Below, piece by piece: positions 12,983-25,962 of a DNA stretch of 64,000 bases. The translations under genes were made by a program, and so were the position numbers. The number at the start of each line of letters is the position of its first letter. The stretch's first letter is position 1. Source of the DNA: Tricharina praecox (lineage: Eukaryota); the NCBI RefSeq assembly GCF_024521635.1, contig NW_026250449.1, positions 1 to 64,000 on the forward strand, in the 5' to 3' direction. The notes under the pieces were generated by a model. The model was not told the DNA's origin, searched no databases, and saw only the letters and a program-made list of their open reading frames with translations.

Positions 12983-14578
12983 ATGGCGGAGACCTTCTCG
13001 CTCGTAGTCAACATCATTACCCTCGTCGATGTCGCCGCACGCATCGTGGCGGCCGGAAGCGCCTACTCCTCCAGCGCGCGCGGCCACACAGCACAAGTGC
13101 GACTGCTCGTTCAAGAAATAAACACCATGAGCGGGGTATTAACCGCCGTCAGCACGACACTGCAAAATAACGACGTCTCGCCGCACTCCACGAAATTAGC
13201 AGCCCTCATCGGAGGCCCGATAGAGGAGTGTACGACTCAGCTTAACGACCTGCATCTGTTGCTCATCAAACAGGTGACGGCGAGGCTCTGGTGGAAGCGC
13301 ATGGGAAAGCAGTTGAAATGGCCGTTGAAGGAGAAGGAGACTATGGGGTTGATAGAGAGGATTGGGAGGCTGCAGAGGAGTATCTCGTTGGCGCTGCACG
13401 CCGATGATCTGTAAGTGACATCCTCCCGCTAACTCCGGCGGTACGGGTCGAGCTAAAATAGCATGTCTCAGAGGTTTTCGGGGGAGTATTTCGACACATT
13501 TGGTGGAAATCAGAAAGGAAGAGGAGATCGCGAGGCAGGAGAGGAACCAAGCGAGACAGCGTATGTTTAGCCGGCTCCACGGATCTGGCGCAGTAACTGA
13601 TCCCCCGACAGGACGGAAAAGAACCGAGGTCCTCGCATGGCTATATCCTCAAAGCGAACCGCAAATCCACGATTCGGCGAAACGGCGGCATCTGCCTGGA
13701 TCCGGAAAATGGTTCTTCGAGAGCGCCGCCTTTGCTACATGGAAATTAAGTCCACGATCCTTCCTGTGGCTCCACGGACATCGTAAGTTGACTTTCCACA
13801 GCCGACCCAACCATCTTGCTGACCTACCTCCGAAGCGGGCGCTGGAAAAACAATCCTCACCTCCATAGTAATCGATAACCTAACCCCCAACCTCCAACCG
13901 AACCAGCAACTAGCATACTTCTACTGCTCGCCCACCTCGGAGCCAGTCCATCTCTACGGCTCGCTGATCGCCCAGCTCCTCAGCTGCACGGACTCCCTCC
14001 CAACAACCATCGTGGAACATTACGACCGTAACTGGAACCACCGTCCCTGCGCCGACGACCTGAAAGACATGCTCCTGCGTCTCCTCGCCGAAGCCGGAAC
14101 ACAAGGGAAGGAGACAACACTAATAATCGACGGCCTCGACGTTTTTTCCCCACACCAGGACCTTCTATCGACGCTCTCGGACATTCCCGCCTCCTCTCCC
14201 ACCTCCAACTGCCGCATTCTCGTTACCAGCCGCATCGAGGAAGAAATCGAGTACGCCTTCGAGACGCATACCCGAGTCGCCATCCAGCCACACATGGTCA
14301 ACGACGAAGTCGGCGCCTTCGTCAAGAGCGAGGTCGAGCGCCGACCGACGCTGAAGCGGCTCAACGCCAGCCTGAAGCAGGAGGTGATCGCGGCGGTCTC
14401 CCGCGGCAACTTCGGCTGGGGATGGGCAGTCGAGAGCATAGATATGGTCGCCCGTATGAGAACGGATGGCGATGTGAAGAAGGCTATCAAGGACATTACT
14501 AGTCGGACGGGGTATAGGGATAATAGGGGGAATGGAGGCGGGAATGAACCGATTGGGGAGATACCGGCTATGGCGTAA
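12983..14578 (+). CDS. Short NLR-like protein: HeLo-like/SesA plus NACHT, no repeat sensor domain
   Basis: MAETFSLVVNIITLV...QLKWPLKEKET; PGSGKWFFES; Walker A WLHGH|PGAGKT with the same intron as the paralogs; Walker B LIIDGLDV; RILVTSR; ends shortly after the NACHT helical domain. Confidence 0.8.
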
Positions 14579-16297
14579 TTGGAGGATTGGATTATAGGCT
14601 TTGCATTGCTGGATTTGGGGAACCGGGGCGTTAAATATTTACATTCATGATATATATACCTATGTTTTTGTTTTTCTGAGGGTATCAGCCAGTGGAAATC
14701 TCTGCCAGTGTCTTACATCGGTAGTCCCGTCGTCCGTGTTTCACCACCAGACAGGACTGGACGGACTACTTCCAAGCAGTCCGCCGAAAACACTGGACTA
14801 CACTCCGAACCGGACTATGTACTACACTTCCGTAGCCAGTGCTGCGCATGTTCTTGGACACACTGGTGGTGTTCCACCCTGTAGGATCTAGGGCGCCTCC
14901 CTGCTGTCCACCTGACCTCGATCCCATCGCCTGCTTCCCGGGGCCTCCCTTCGCCTCGTCCGTCCGTGTAACCGTGTTCCCACTTCCGTTGCGCGCAGAG
15001 CGATTTATAGGCCCTTGGTGTTCTTGCGCGGAGGCGTGCAGGAATGGTGGCGAAGAGGTCCGCCCCGCTATTCCTATGTAATACGCCGTGCCTCGTACTC
15101 CGGTATGTACATATTCCCCCAAACAACAACCTTGGGTTTCTCCACGGCTTCCTACAGATCATTACAAGGGTATTCGGACAGGCTGACTTTGTGGTTCCCC
15201 CCCGGCGGCGGGCTGAGGCATGGCTGATGAGAGTCCCGACTCCCCAGCACCGTGGTCAGCTCGCAACCACTAATAACCAAAACTGAGGATTGTCGCTGGT
15301 TATCCTGCTTAACAGAAAGAGTAACTGCTTGAGGTAAGAGGAGGAGTGACGGTCAGTGGTGGTGGCGGGTGGTGATAATTGAGAATTCATGCAGTTCCGA
15401 TTTTTCATCAGGCTGAACCCCATGCAACGATCTACCGGTACCTAACAATTTTCGAATAGATACCTAGGGTTTCTGCTCATTCTTCCTAATCGCACCGCCA
15501 ACACCATGTTGCCTATCCTTTTTCTTGGGCAAGATACCAGTACTGTAATGCGGAGTGGTGACTCAGATTAGACCTGATGCGGTCGGTCAACGTTGAACTG
15601 TTTTTCTATTGTTTCTATTCGTTCTATCTGTCTGTCTTGCTTCCTTCTTTTCATCATCATCATCATCATCAATGAGTACCCACACAATTGATCAACCTTT
15701 GTGTCTCATCCCGCAGACCAAAGTCCAAAGAAGCGCCGGAGCTATCCTTCAATCATAAGTAGTACGGAGGTGCTAATCGAACGACATGGTACACTTACGT
15801 GGATACAAATCCACGACCAACGACGCCAGCCAACCCACCACCACTGAAACGCCAGCAGCCCACCAGGGGCTGCAGGCTGCAGCTGCCGACCCACAACCTG
15901 AATCAGGCGTGGTTTCCGTCCTACCGAAGCGACATCCGCCAATCCAAAGGCGAGGCACATCTATTTTTGCTACCTGCCCGGCGCCTCGTCGTGAGCCATC
16001 TCGCTGACTGGCCAATGCCCGCATGCGCATACCACCATATAGGCCGATATGCAGGCGGCAATGCGCGTGCCCTCCCTCCCTCCCTACCAGCACCTCGCGC
16101 ATGTAGTGCGACGCAAAGCGGTGCCGCGTGCGCGCAGACGAGCGGGCTTTTCCTTCGCTGCTTCAATTAAATTGCGCGCACAGAAACGCCGATATAAAGC
16201 AGGATGCCCGCGCACTGCCGTGGAAGCGTCGGCACAAATATCACCGAAATCGCCACCTCCACCGCGTCTGTCGTCGTCGTCGCTGTGCGAAACCATC

Positions 16298-19200
16298 ATG
16301 GACCCGCTCTCCCTCGCCGTCTCGGCCATCACCGTCGTCCAGGTCGCCGCAAAGGTCATCTCGTTCGCCGTCGCGTACGGAAAGAGTGTCAGCGCCCTGC
16401 CGGAGGAGGTCCAGTCGCTCGTGTCCGAAATCGGGCTGGTCTCGAAGGTCTTGACGAATCTGCACGATACGCTGAAGGGCATTGCGGCGGACGAGAAGAC
16501 GGGACTGGTGGTCTCCAAGACTGATTTCCTCAAGCCGCATATGGATGAGTGTCAGGAACAGCTGCTGGTGCTCGCATCGTTTTTGGAGAAGGGCCGCAGC
16601 AAGAAGGCTCGCCTGAAGAATTTTGGGAAGAGGTTGAAGTGGCCGATGCAGGTGGCGGAGACGCAGGAGTGGATTGTGAGAATGGAGAGGTTTAAGGGGA
16701 GTTTCTTGTTGGTTTTGGAGACGGAGAAGCTCGTCGTGAACAAGAAGATGTGCAGTGAGGTGGTGGATATTAAGGTCGCTCAGGAGCGTGAGAGGGCCGA
16801 GAGACGGAGGGAGAAACAAAGTAAGACTACTCATTTTGAATGCTTGATGCGACAATTTAATCCTAATACGCATCAAGTCCAGAACTATCGAGATGCCGTC
16901 GCATGGCTCTCGGCGGTGGATCCGAGAGAGAACCACGACGCCGCAAAGAAACTTCAGCAGAAAGGCACAGGGAAATGGCTTATAGAGTCCGCCTCGTTCT
17001 TCGAATGGAAGTCGGCCGACAGATCATTCATGTGGCTGAGTGGCGGTGGTATGTTGCCCTTCCGAATCGGCCTGTTCCTCAAGCTAACATAACTGCAGCG
17101 GGCACCGGCAAGACGATCTTGTCATCACTGATCATCGATGCCCTGATAGCCGAAGGGATCCATAAACCAATATATTTCTATTGCGATTTCAAGGACATCG
17201 AGAAAATGACCAGAGCCGGAATCTACGCATCTCTGACGGCACAGATCCTGGCGCAGAAGTGGACGGAGCTACCAGCCCACTTCGCCGAGTACTACGAGAA
17301 CAACAAATCGAAGCCGTTCCACGACTGGAGTCTTCGGGAACAACTACTAATCTTGATCGGGATGATGGGACGGGGGAGGATTGTGGTGGACGCTCTCGAC
17401 GAATGTGCGGTGGATGTGCGCAGGGACGTGTTGATGACACTGGGGGAAATTTACCAGAAGGGCCAGATCAACGTGCTCGTCACCAGTCGCGACGAAATCG
17501 ACATCAAGCTTGGCGTCGAGATCATCGGGGGATCAAAGACGTGTATCAAGGTCAAAGCTTCGGCGACGCAGAGCGATCTGGCACTATTCGTCAACGGGGA
17601 AATCGAGAGGAATGGCACGAAGCTCGCGCGGCTCAAGGAATCGACGAAGCGAGAGATCGAGGCGACGCTCACCGGTCAGGCCGACGGGATGTTTCGGTGG
17701 GCGAAATGCTCCCTGGACTACATTTCGCGAATGCGGAACGATAAGTCCATCAAGCAGGCGTTGAATTCGCTACCGCCGGGGCTGAACGAGACGTACGACC
17801 GAATTTTGGCACGGATTTTGGACACGGACCGGGCGATAGCGATGCGAATCTTTAATTGGTTGACCTGCTCCCAACGACCATTGCTCGTCGCAGAGGTGGT
17901 GGAAGCAATCAGCATCGAGCTCGGTAGCAGAAGTCTAGATCGAGACACCCTCCTGAACGACCCCGAAGACTTGCTCGATGTTTGCGGCAGCCTGTTAGAG
18001 ATCGACCATGATGCTGGGACCGTGGTCCTGGGTCACTTCTCGGTGAAAGAATATCTCACGTCTCTCGGATTACGCAATGGCAAATACTCGGAGTACTTTG
18101 TCGATGTCAGGCTCACAAACTTTTGTCTGGCGAAGCTGTGCGTAACCTACCTATGCTTTGAGGATTTCGCCTCTGGGCCCTGCGAGAAGACAGCCCAGTA
18201 CGAGGAGCGCTGCCAAAGTCATTCCCTGTACCAATACGCGGCTCATTACTGGCCGGAGCATGCTAAGGAGCACGGTGATATCGACGACGAACCGTTCTTA
18301 TCAATCATGGAACACTTTTTCCTGGGGCCGGGGATGGATGGGAATTTCGAGGCGTGGATGCAAGCGCATCATACCAGTTACCGTGAGCACACTCAGTACC
18401 TCACCAGTGACCGAGGTCCGGGCAATCGACTAGTGTATGCGGCACGCTTCGGTTTATATTCGACTGTCCTGATGATGCTCTCAAAAGGCCATGATCCGAA
18501 TACAATCTGCGAGTACAAAGGTCGGAAGGAACGTGTCACCAGAGTCCGTGAAGGCCACTGCGGCACACCTTTAATTGCCGCGGTAGAGTCGGGGAATATT
18601 AAAGTAGTCGAGCTACTGTTATCGAGAGGCGCGGATGTCAACACGGTAGCCGGGAATCCCGGCTCAGCCATCAACATGGCCATCCGACATGGCCGACGGG
18701 ATGACTATGCCTTGATGCGATATCTTCTGCAACACGGAGCAGACGTCAACCACAAGGCACCAAATGTGAAGACGCCGCTCAGCAGGGCCATCGAAACACC
18801 CTCGCTCGAAGCTACGAAGATCTGCCTCGAGGCTGGGGCGGATGTGAGCGTGCGCTCCAATGATACCGATGATCATTGCATGCTGGATCTTGCATGCTTC
18901 TACGGCGGTCCCCAGATCTTCGATTTGCTATGGGAACATGGTGCCGGAGAGTATTCTAGCCCTCCTACCGAAACCAAGCCCACACCCGGGATAGACGGTT
19001 GGTCCCTTTTTTACGCCTGCTGGCCGAATTTCTTCGAAACCGCACAAAAGATATTGGAAAAGAACGGAGACAAGCTGTTTAAGGACCCAACTTGGATGGA
19101 ACCATTGCTGTTTGTGATTCGCTCATCTGCCGCCTATGGGTATTACAAGTTCTTGGAACAGTTGATGGCATATGCCGGCACGTCTTCAGATTCGTACACG

Positions 19201-20265
19201 ATAGCCCTTCAAGAGGCAGCAAGAAATGGGCGCGAAAAAACGGTCGGCATGTTGCTCGATATCGGCACCAGCGAGAGCAATCGCGGCTGTCCTTTGGTTC
19301 TAGCCGCAGCAATCGGCAACCGCAAGACAGTCGGGCGGTTACTCGAGGCTGGAGAAGACCCTCTGGCGCTAAACGAACACGGGTGGTCAGCACTACTCGC
19401 TGCAACAATACACAAACAGCCCGAGATCGTCGAGTTGTTCAACAGCACCGGCAAGTACCTCGCAAGCGGGGAATCTTCAGCTCTACCGCCGACTTCATGG
19501 CAGATATCTACCAAAATGCTTGAATTTATCGAAGTACCCTATCCGAAAGTTGAATTCGAGGGCTGGGAGGCCCACTCACTACCTGGTTCGTTGCTCTCCC
19601 CACCCCGAACTAGGTGTAGCTGATTACTGACACGACGGTTTAGAAAACACGCACAAGTACGTGATCTACACCGACCACCCTCTTGCTCCCCGGACTGGCT
19701 ATTGCTACTATGAGATTACAATTTTGGAGGCTGGCACAGATTTCTAGTAAAAATCTCTTCCCTGAATGCTGTATCCTCATTGCTTACATACCTGTCTCAC
19801 AGTTTTCAAATCGGCCTCTTCAGCAACCTCGCCCATTACGAAATCCATGACCCAAGCGTGGAATCGCACATGCCACTCCGCTCTCCTTCCCGCGCACTGA
19901 GCTATAGCCATGAAGGCGAAATAAAGGCAAGGGATACCAGCAGTTCCGATAACCCCACGCTCTCGGCCGGCAGCGTCATCGGGTGTGCCGTGAACCTAGA
20001 GCTAGGACTCGCATACTTCACTTGCGACGGAAAGCTGGTGGATGTTCCCTGCGGCAATGTCATAGGAATGGTTCATCCCGCCATTTACATCAGCCCCGGG
20101 ACAAAAATCAAGGCAAACTTTGGCGAAGAGAAGTTTCGGTTCGATACGAGTGTTTTGGAGACGCTGGACTACGGAGTTGAGCCGAAGGTGCGGTTTGAGA
20201 TTGATGAGGACCCAGTGGAGCTTATGTACGACTTTAGGAGGCCGGTGAAGATGTACATTGGATGA
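16298..20265 (+). CDS. NLR-like STAND protein B: HeLo-like/SesA, NACHT, winged helix, ankyrin, SPRY (multi-exon)
   Basis: MDPLSLAVS...RLKWPMQ; WLSGG|AGTGKT; IVVDALDEC; GMFRWAKC; GHFSVKEYL; ankyrin GTPLIAAVESGN...GADVN; SPRY exons HPLAPRTGYCYYEITI and VIGCAVN...YFTCDG...ANFGEEKFRFD. Confidence 0.92.
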
Positions 20266-21043
20266 ATGGATGCGGATTTAGACCTTTTTTAGGCGGTGGA
20301 TTTGGCGTTTGTATATTTGATGTTATGATACCTGTTGGGCTTTCGACGCGATTTGGATGGGAGGGGAGGGTGAGGGGGCACACTGACACGCCCGAGTTTG
20401 GACTTTGTATAATAATGAGGGATAGGTCTTTTAAATAGAGAACGTGTATGCACAATACACACATGCTTAGTGTTGACTCGTGGGAAGACCGGAGTGATGA
20501 AGACCTGAGAGGCCTGCATCCATTTCGCACCGACTGATAACAGCGCGTAAGAAGATAAGATCGATCCGATATGATTGACGCTCAGACGAGGCTGTGGCCG
20601 ACACACGGATGGGGTTAGGCAAGAGTCATTGGCCTTAGGTCAGCATGTGCTCGCGATTCGCGAAGGGAGGATTTGGGTAGCTCGCTCCTGGTTGAAAATT
20701 GATCCTGAAGTCTTTCCGCTGAACAAGCATCCCTACCGGTATTAGCGCCGTGAAGACCCCGCACCCTGCAGGCCAAATTGTTTTTGTCTCCATTCTCTTT
20801 CCGGCGCTTTCAATGATGGTTTGGCCGCAGTCGTCGAGCTGCTGCAAGCTGCAAGCTGCGGTGATGGGCGTCGCTCGCAGCGCGTTCGCTACCCGACGTC
20901 ATCGCATCGCTCGCGACTTCTCGACGCGACATTCGACCCTCGCTAGTCCCATTCACTGCGATCACCGTCACCCCCACTCAACACCATTGCAGACCCCACC
21001 ACCGGCTCCACGTCCTATTCGCTTTTTTACCCACCACGCCGCA

Positions 21044-22843
21044 ATGTCGTCTCCCTCCCGATCCAAGCGTCGCAAGGTCGACGGCACTCCCAACCCAAGC
21101 TCCCTCGCTTCGTTCGACCGCACAATCTCCCCACCCCCGCTCGACGACGATTACAACCCCACCGATCCGGCCACATTTGACGACAAGAACGACAAGCTTC
21201 GCGACTTCCTTCGTCCGCAGCCGGGTGGTGAGAAGAGTGCGCCGAAAGAAGTCATCGATCTCACTGTCGACGAGCCCGACGCGAGGGACGCAAATGGCGC
21301 TGGCTTCCGTCACGGCGTACCGGAGTCATCATCTGCTACCGTCACTGCCAACAACAGAGCCGCAGTCACCGCCGAGTCGTCGACGCAGACCGTCTCTTCA
21401 CCCTTCCGTCTCACGCGTATCCGCGGTCTACCCAACTCGGAGAACAAAAACACGGTCGGCATCGATGACATCCTCGGCGACGTGATGCTGCGCGAAGTGT
21501 GGTTGTTCAACTATATGCACGACATCGAGTGGATGATGGAGCAGTTGGACGAGGATATTGTCGGACACGTCAAGGTGGTGTTCGTCCATGGGAACTGGAA
21601 GCTGGATGACCCGGGGAGGCACAGGATGGAGGAGCAGGTGAAGGCATTCCCGAACGCCAGACTCGTCGCTGCGTACATGCCGGAGCCTTTCGGAACGCAT
21701 CACTCCAAGATCATGGTGCTGTTCAGAGGCGATGACACTGCGCAGTATGTCTCCCTTGCAAGCAGCCCCCGTGAACCCGCGTACTAACTGCACAGAGTCA
21801 TCGTTTACACTGCCAACATGATATCCTTCGACTGGGAGAACATGACACAGGCCGCTTGGATATCACCTCTGCTACCCCTCGGAGAATCCAAACCGCCCTC
21901 GCCGATCGGCGATGCCTTCAAGACCGACGCTCTCGACTACTTCTCTGCGTATGGCAAAGCGCGTACCGGAGTATTAGTTGAACAACTCAAGAAATACTCC
22001 TTCTCCGCCGTCAAAGCCATCTTCGTCGGTTCGGTACCTGGTCGTCACAAGACATACGAGGCCAAATGGGGCTGGCCGAAGCTGCGCAAGGTCCTCTCCA
22101 CCATCCCGAGCACCTCCGACGCCGACAAAACGTCCACGATCTTTGCGCAATGCTCCTCGATAGCCACGCTCGGCGTGAAGGACACCTGGCTCACTCCCGT
22201 CCTCTTCAAAGCCATGTCTGCGTCTGCCAACGTGGACACTCACCAACCGGATTACGGAATAATCTTCCCGACGGCGCAAGAAATCCGGGACTCGCTGAAC
22301 GGCTACGGCTCCGGCAGCTCTATCCACCTGCGGCTCGGCTCTCCCGCGCAGGCAAAGCAGCTATCCTACCTCACCCCGCTACTGCACCACTGGTCCTCCC
22401 CGCCACTGCCGGGAACATCCGCCTCCCCCTCCACCCTGGCGGGACGCGACCTTGCGGCTCCGCACATAAAAACGTACATACGCTATGCCAACACCCCCCA
22501 GCCCGCGACAACGATCGACTGGGCCCTCCTCTCCTCCGCAAACCTGTCGACGCAGGCTTGGGGCGCCGCGGAGAAAGACGGCATGGTCCGTATTTGTAGT
22601 TACGAGGCTGGCGTGCTAGTGCACCCTGGCCTCTGGGGAGAGGGGTTTACGATGGTGCCTGCTTTTAGAGAGGATACGGTTAAGCGTGTGGGATGGAAGG
22701 GCAAGGTCGTCGCCCTCAGGATGCCGTATGGTCTGCCCGTGCAGAAGTATACCGAGAAGGATCAGCCGTGGTCGCCTGGCTTGCCGTATAAAGAGCCGGA
22801 TTGGATGGGCAGGAGGTGGGGCGGCGAGTGGGGCGGTGAGTGA
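21044..22843 (+). CDS. TDP1: Tyrosyl-DNA phosphodiesterase 1 (2 exons, intron about 21746-21795)
   Basis: Both catalytic HxK motifs (GTHHSK, PHIKTY), plus SANLSTQAWG, SYEAGVL and GSVPG. Confidence 0.95.
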
Positions 22844-23814
22844 GAGGGGTGATTGTGGATTTGTGAAATTTGTGATGTGCCGATGGGATGTGCCGATGCG
22901 ATGTTGCACGGCGTGTGGACAAGCCAGCGAGTGATAAGGTGGAGATGTGTTTTTTTTTTTTCTTTTCCGGAATAGTGCGGGGTATGTGCTTCTTTCGCCT
23001 GGTAATGTCTGGGCTGTAGTGGTTATTGTGGGGATGTGGGATGTGGGATGTGGGATGTGGGATGTGCCGGCCCTCTCTGCCGTGAAGTTCACCGCGAGGC
23101 AGCTTGCTTCCTTGGGAACATACTGTACAGTTCTCTGCACAGATCCACTAGACTCCAGTTCATACTTACGCGCTATCATCCCCAAAACCAATGTAGTGCA
23201 GACCATGATCGATTGAAAAGCCGCCTCCTACCACTCACGGGTCCCCATGAGCAGACTGCAGTTGCTGCAGGAGCAGGTTACCGGTACCGTGGATAGTGAA
23301 GACGACGTCCCGACCACCGCGCCAAGGCCGGAGGCCGAAGCACACCCGCACATGGCCGAGTCCTGATTACCGACCAGGAGTGAATCTCAACCGTAGCGGT
23401 AGTGTCTTGCAGTACCGGTAATGCCGAGAACCCATGGTACAATCACGTGAACGGTGCGACCGATGAGACCGGCCATGCTGAGAATTTGAGATGAAACAGT
23501 TGCGGCCGTGAAGGTGAAAGAAAGATTAACGGATACCGTACTTTAGGTAATCTGTATGTAGGAGAGCAGGAGAGCAGGAGAGCAGTCAGGGCAGGAGAAC
23601 AGTGAGGGCAGGAGAACAGCGATGCGCATGCTTTCTCACTCGGAATTTCTTATTTTATCTACGTAGAAAGGTGTTCTGCCGCCGACTGCGGGACTCCACC
23701 AGATGGCCTACGAGTCTACGACGCGGAGTACGCAGCCATCTCATTGCTTCGGGTTTGGCTTGCACTTGCAGAAGGAAGGGGTCTGGGAATCTGGGAATCT
23801 GGGAATCTTAGGAA

Positions 23815-23975
23815 CGAGAAGAGTGCTTAGAGTGGAAGTGGAAGTTGGTGGTTGGTTGGCGATTGGGTTAAGCACCGCTGCCACTACTAAGCAGCCTGCA
23901 GGGTGGTTGCGAAGATTAGGCTCTGCGCAGGTTATCAATTCTTCCAGGACTCTGAGGACACTGTGGATGGGGATG
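23815..23975 (+). repeat. Dispersed ~150-bp repeat, second copy at about 27270-27430
   Basis: Both copies share gcagcctgcagggtggttg...ctgcgca..ttatca.ttcttcc.ggac.ctg.gga.actgt. Confidence 0.6.
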
Positions 23976-24460
23976 TATTATTCTCGACGGGCCGGACGTC
24001 GTCGCTACGAAAGTCTGTAAGAGGTGAAGCATATATCCCTTACATGTCCGGCGGTAATATATTTGTTCGACCTCACTAGCTTGGCCCGTTTTGGACTGGC
24101 GCACGAAGGTTGGCAATGAGTGATATCAAAAGAATTCGGCAAGTGGGCTCTTCCGCAAAGCCACATGTGTAAATTAGTGCAAACAGGCTCTCCAAAATTA
24201 TGTATCTAGCCGCGTATATTCCCACTTCTCTTCTCCCGAAGCTTCTCTTAACATTTGAGCGTGTATGCATACCTAGTATCTGATAGAGTCCGCCGCCGCC
24301 CTCGGTGTAGCAGTAATCGCCGGTGGCCAGTTTGGAACATGGCTGCCTTTTTGTAACTCGAGTCCCGGCCCGATAGCCTCTGTATCAGCGCTGTTGCTCA
24401 GTTCTCCGATATTGGAACCGCGGTTGTTTGAAGTACCGTGGGTTAGAGGTGGGGACGGGG

Positions 24461-24879
24461 TAGTGTTCTACATAGACCAGACCGGTCGGCCAACCGGACG
24501 GGTCGGTCGGGATATATCTCGACCTGACCATGGCTTTGGCCGGTCGGGATGTAACCCGAACGACCAGACCTTGCCAGGCTCGGTCGGCCCAGGTCGGCCG
24601 ACGTCGGGTTAACTGCTAATCCTATCAGCCGCAAAAAAATCCTTAGTTTCTAGCGGTTTTTAGAGCATTTCCGGCTTCAAATGTTGTTTCTTAGCCGGAC
24701 CTATCCCGACCCGACCTGAAAATTTGTGCTCGGGATATAACCCGACCGACCAGACCAAATTTTTTTTTAGTCGGGATATATCCCTACCGACCAGACGAGA
24801 GTTTTTTTTAGTCAGGATATATCCTGACCGACCCGACCATACCCAAATTTGGTCGGGACTGGTCTATGTAGAACAACTG
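24461..24879 (+). mobile_element. hAT-like MITE family A copy (no TSD)
   Basis: TIRs tagtgttctacatagaccag / ctggtctatgtagaacaactg; subterminal gtcgggatatatcccgaccgacc repeats. Confidence 0.85.
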
Positions 24880-25962
24880 CTCTAGTCTCCCGCTCAACGC
24901 CGTTCAACCTCATCTACCCACTAGCGCTTCTACCCCTTCTACCGTTATCCTGCTTCTTCTTCCTTTCCCATCATCGATCCTCTCGTACCGACCTCACCAT
25001 CGATATTTCGACACCATCGATATTACGACACCACCAAACCGCTTCTACCCCTTCTGTCACTTCTGTTTCCGGAACGTACTTATCCGCTGGCTCATAAGAC
25101 GGTGCAGATACTGCCACATACCGTCGTCGCGGCCCGCGGCGATGGACCAGCGCATCCGCTGCTGCCGCCCCGGCGACAAGAAGCTGCACGAGCTGTACGC
25201 CATCATCGACATCCGCTCGGCCGAGGAGATTTGGGGGGTGCGAGACAGCGAGCTGCTCTCGAATCTTCCTCACAGCCCTCACGGCGACATGAGGAGATCC
25301 CTAGTGTGCGCCTACGTCGAGCAGAAGTTCGGGTTCGACGCCGATCTCATCCGTGCGGCCAGAAGGCCGGATATACTGGCGAGGGTCGCCATGGAGGCGA
25401 ACAATTCGGCGCAGAGCCGCGAGTAGACGGCCAGGACGTTCTGGGTCGACATGTGCCAGGACTGGAATGTGGTGTACTCTCAAATGAGGTTGGTGCTTCA
25501 GCGGCCCACCGACGCGGAGCTGGAACTGACCGAGGCGAGGTGCTGGAAGGCCTTTCATGCCGAGGTGGAGAGGAGGAAGTGGCGCAGAATGAAGCGCGAG
25601 AATCGAGCCGCCATGGCCTCATACTGTGGATCGAGGAGGACGCGGAGATGAGGAGTAATTGGTAAAATGAGGTCGCGGGTAATAATCCCGCTGTCATGCT
25701 TGGCAGGGTCAAGCATGAAGACGAGGTCCGGAGGTTGACGGACAAGTACGAGGAACGCCAGGTACACAAGAGTGTTTGATATTCTCAGGGTTTTTTTTCG
25801 CGGGTTTTAATCCGTTGGGAGTGCTGATGTCTTTGCGGTTTTGTGGCCTGACATTATTTTTTTTGCTTTGTAATCTATGTCTTTTTACTTGTTTACTTAA
25901 ACCCGTTGTTTTTGTTTAATGGCGGGCGGGCGTGTCGGCTGGTTCTTCTGGTATCTCATATT
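24880..25962 (+). pseudogene. Inverted, internally deleted duplicate of the F-box locus (about 1135-3120)
   Basis: Encodes MDQRIRCCRPGDKKLHELY...EQKFGFDADLI and MCQDWNVV...KWRRMKREN. The N-terminus and F-box are deleted, it has extra stops and frameshifts, and the 3' flank is also duplicated. Confidence 0.85.

Noticed and set aside
14500..14578. Gly/Asn-rich tail of the short NACHT protein as an amyloid signalling motif
   Set aside because: Too short and lacks the repeat pattern of HET-s, sigma or PP motifs; no adjacent effector with a matching motif was seen.
23030..23620. Short repeats (GGGATGT)n and (AGGAGAGC)n
   Set aside because: Ordinary low-copy microsatellites with no further structure.
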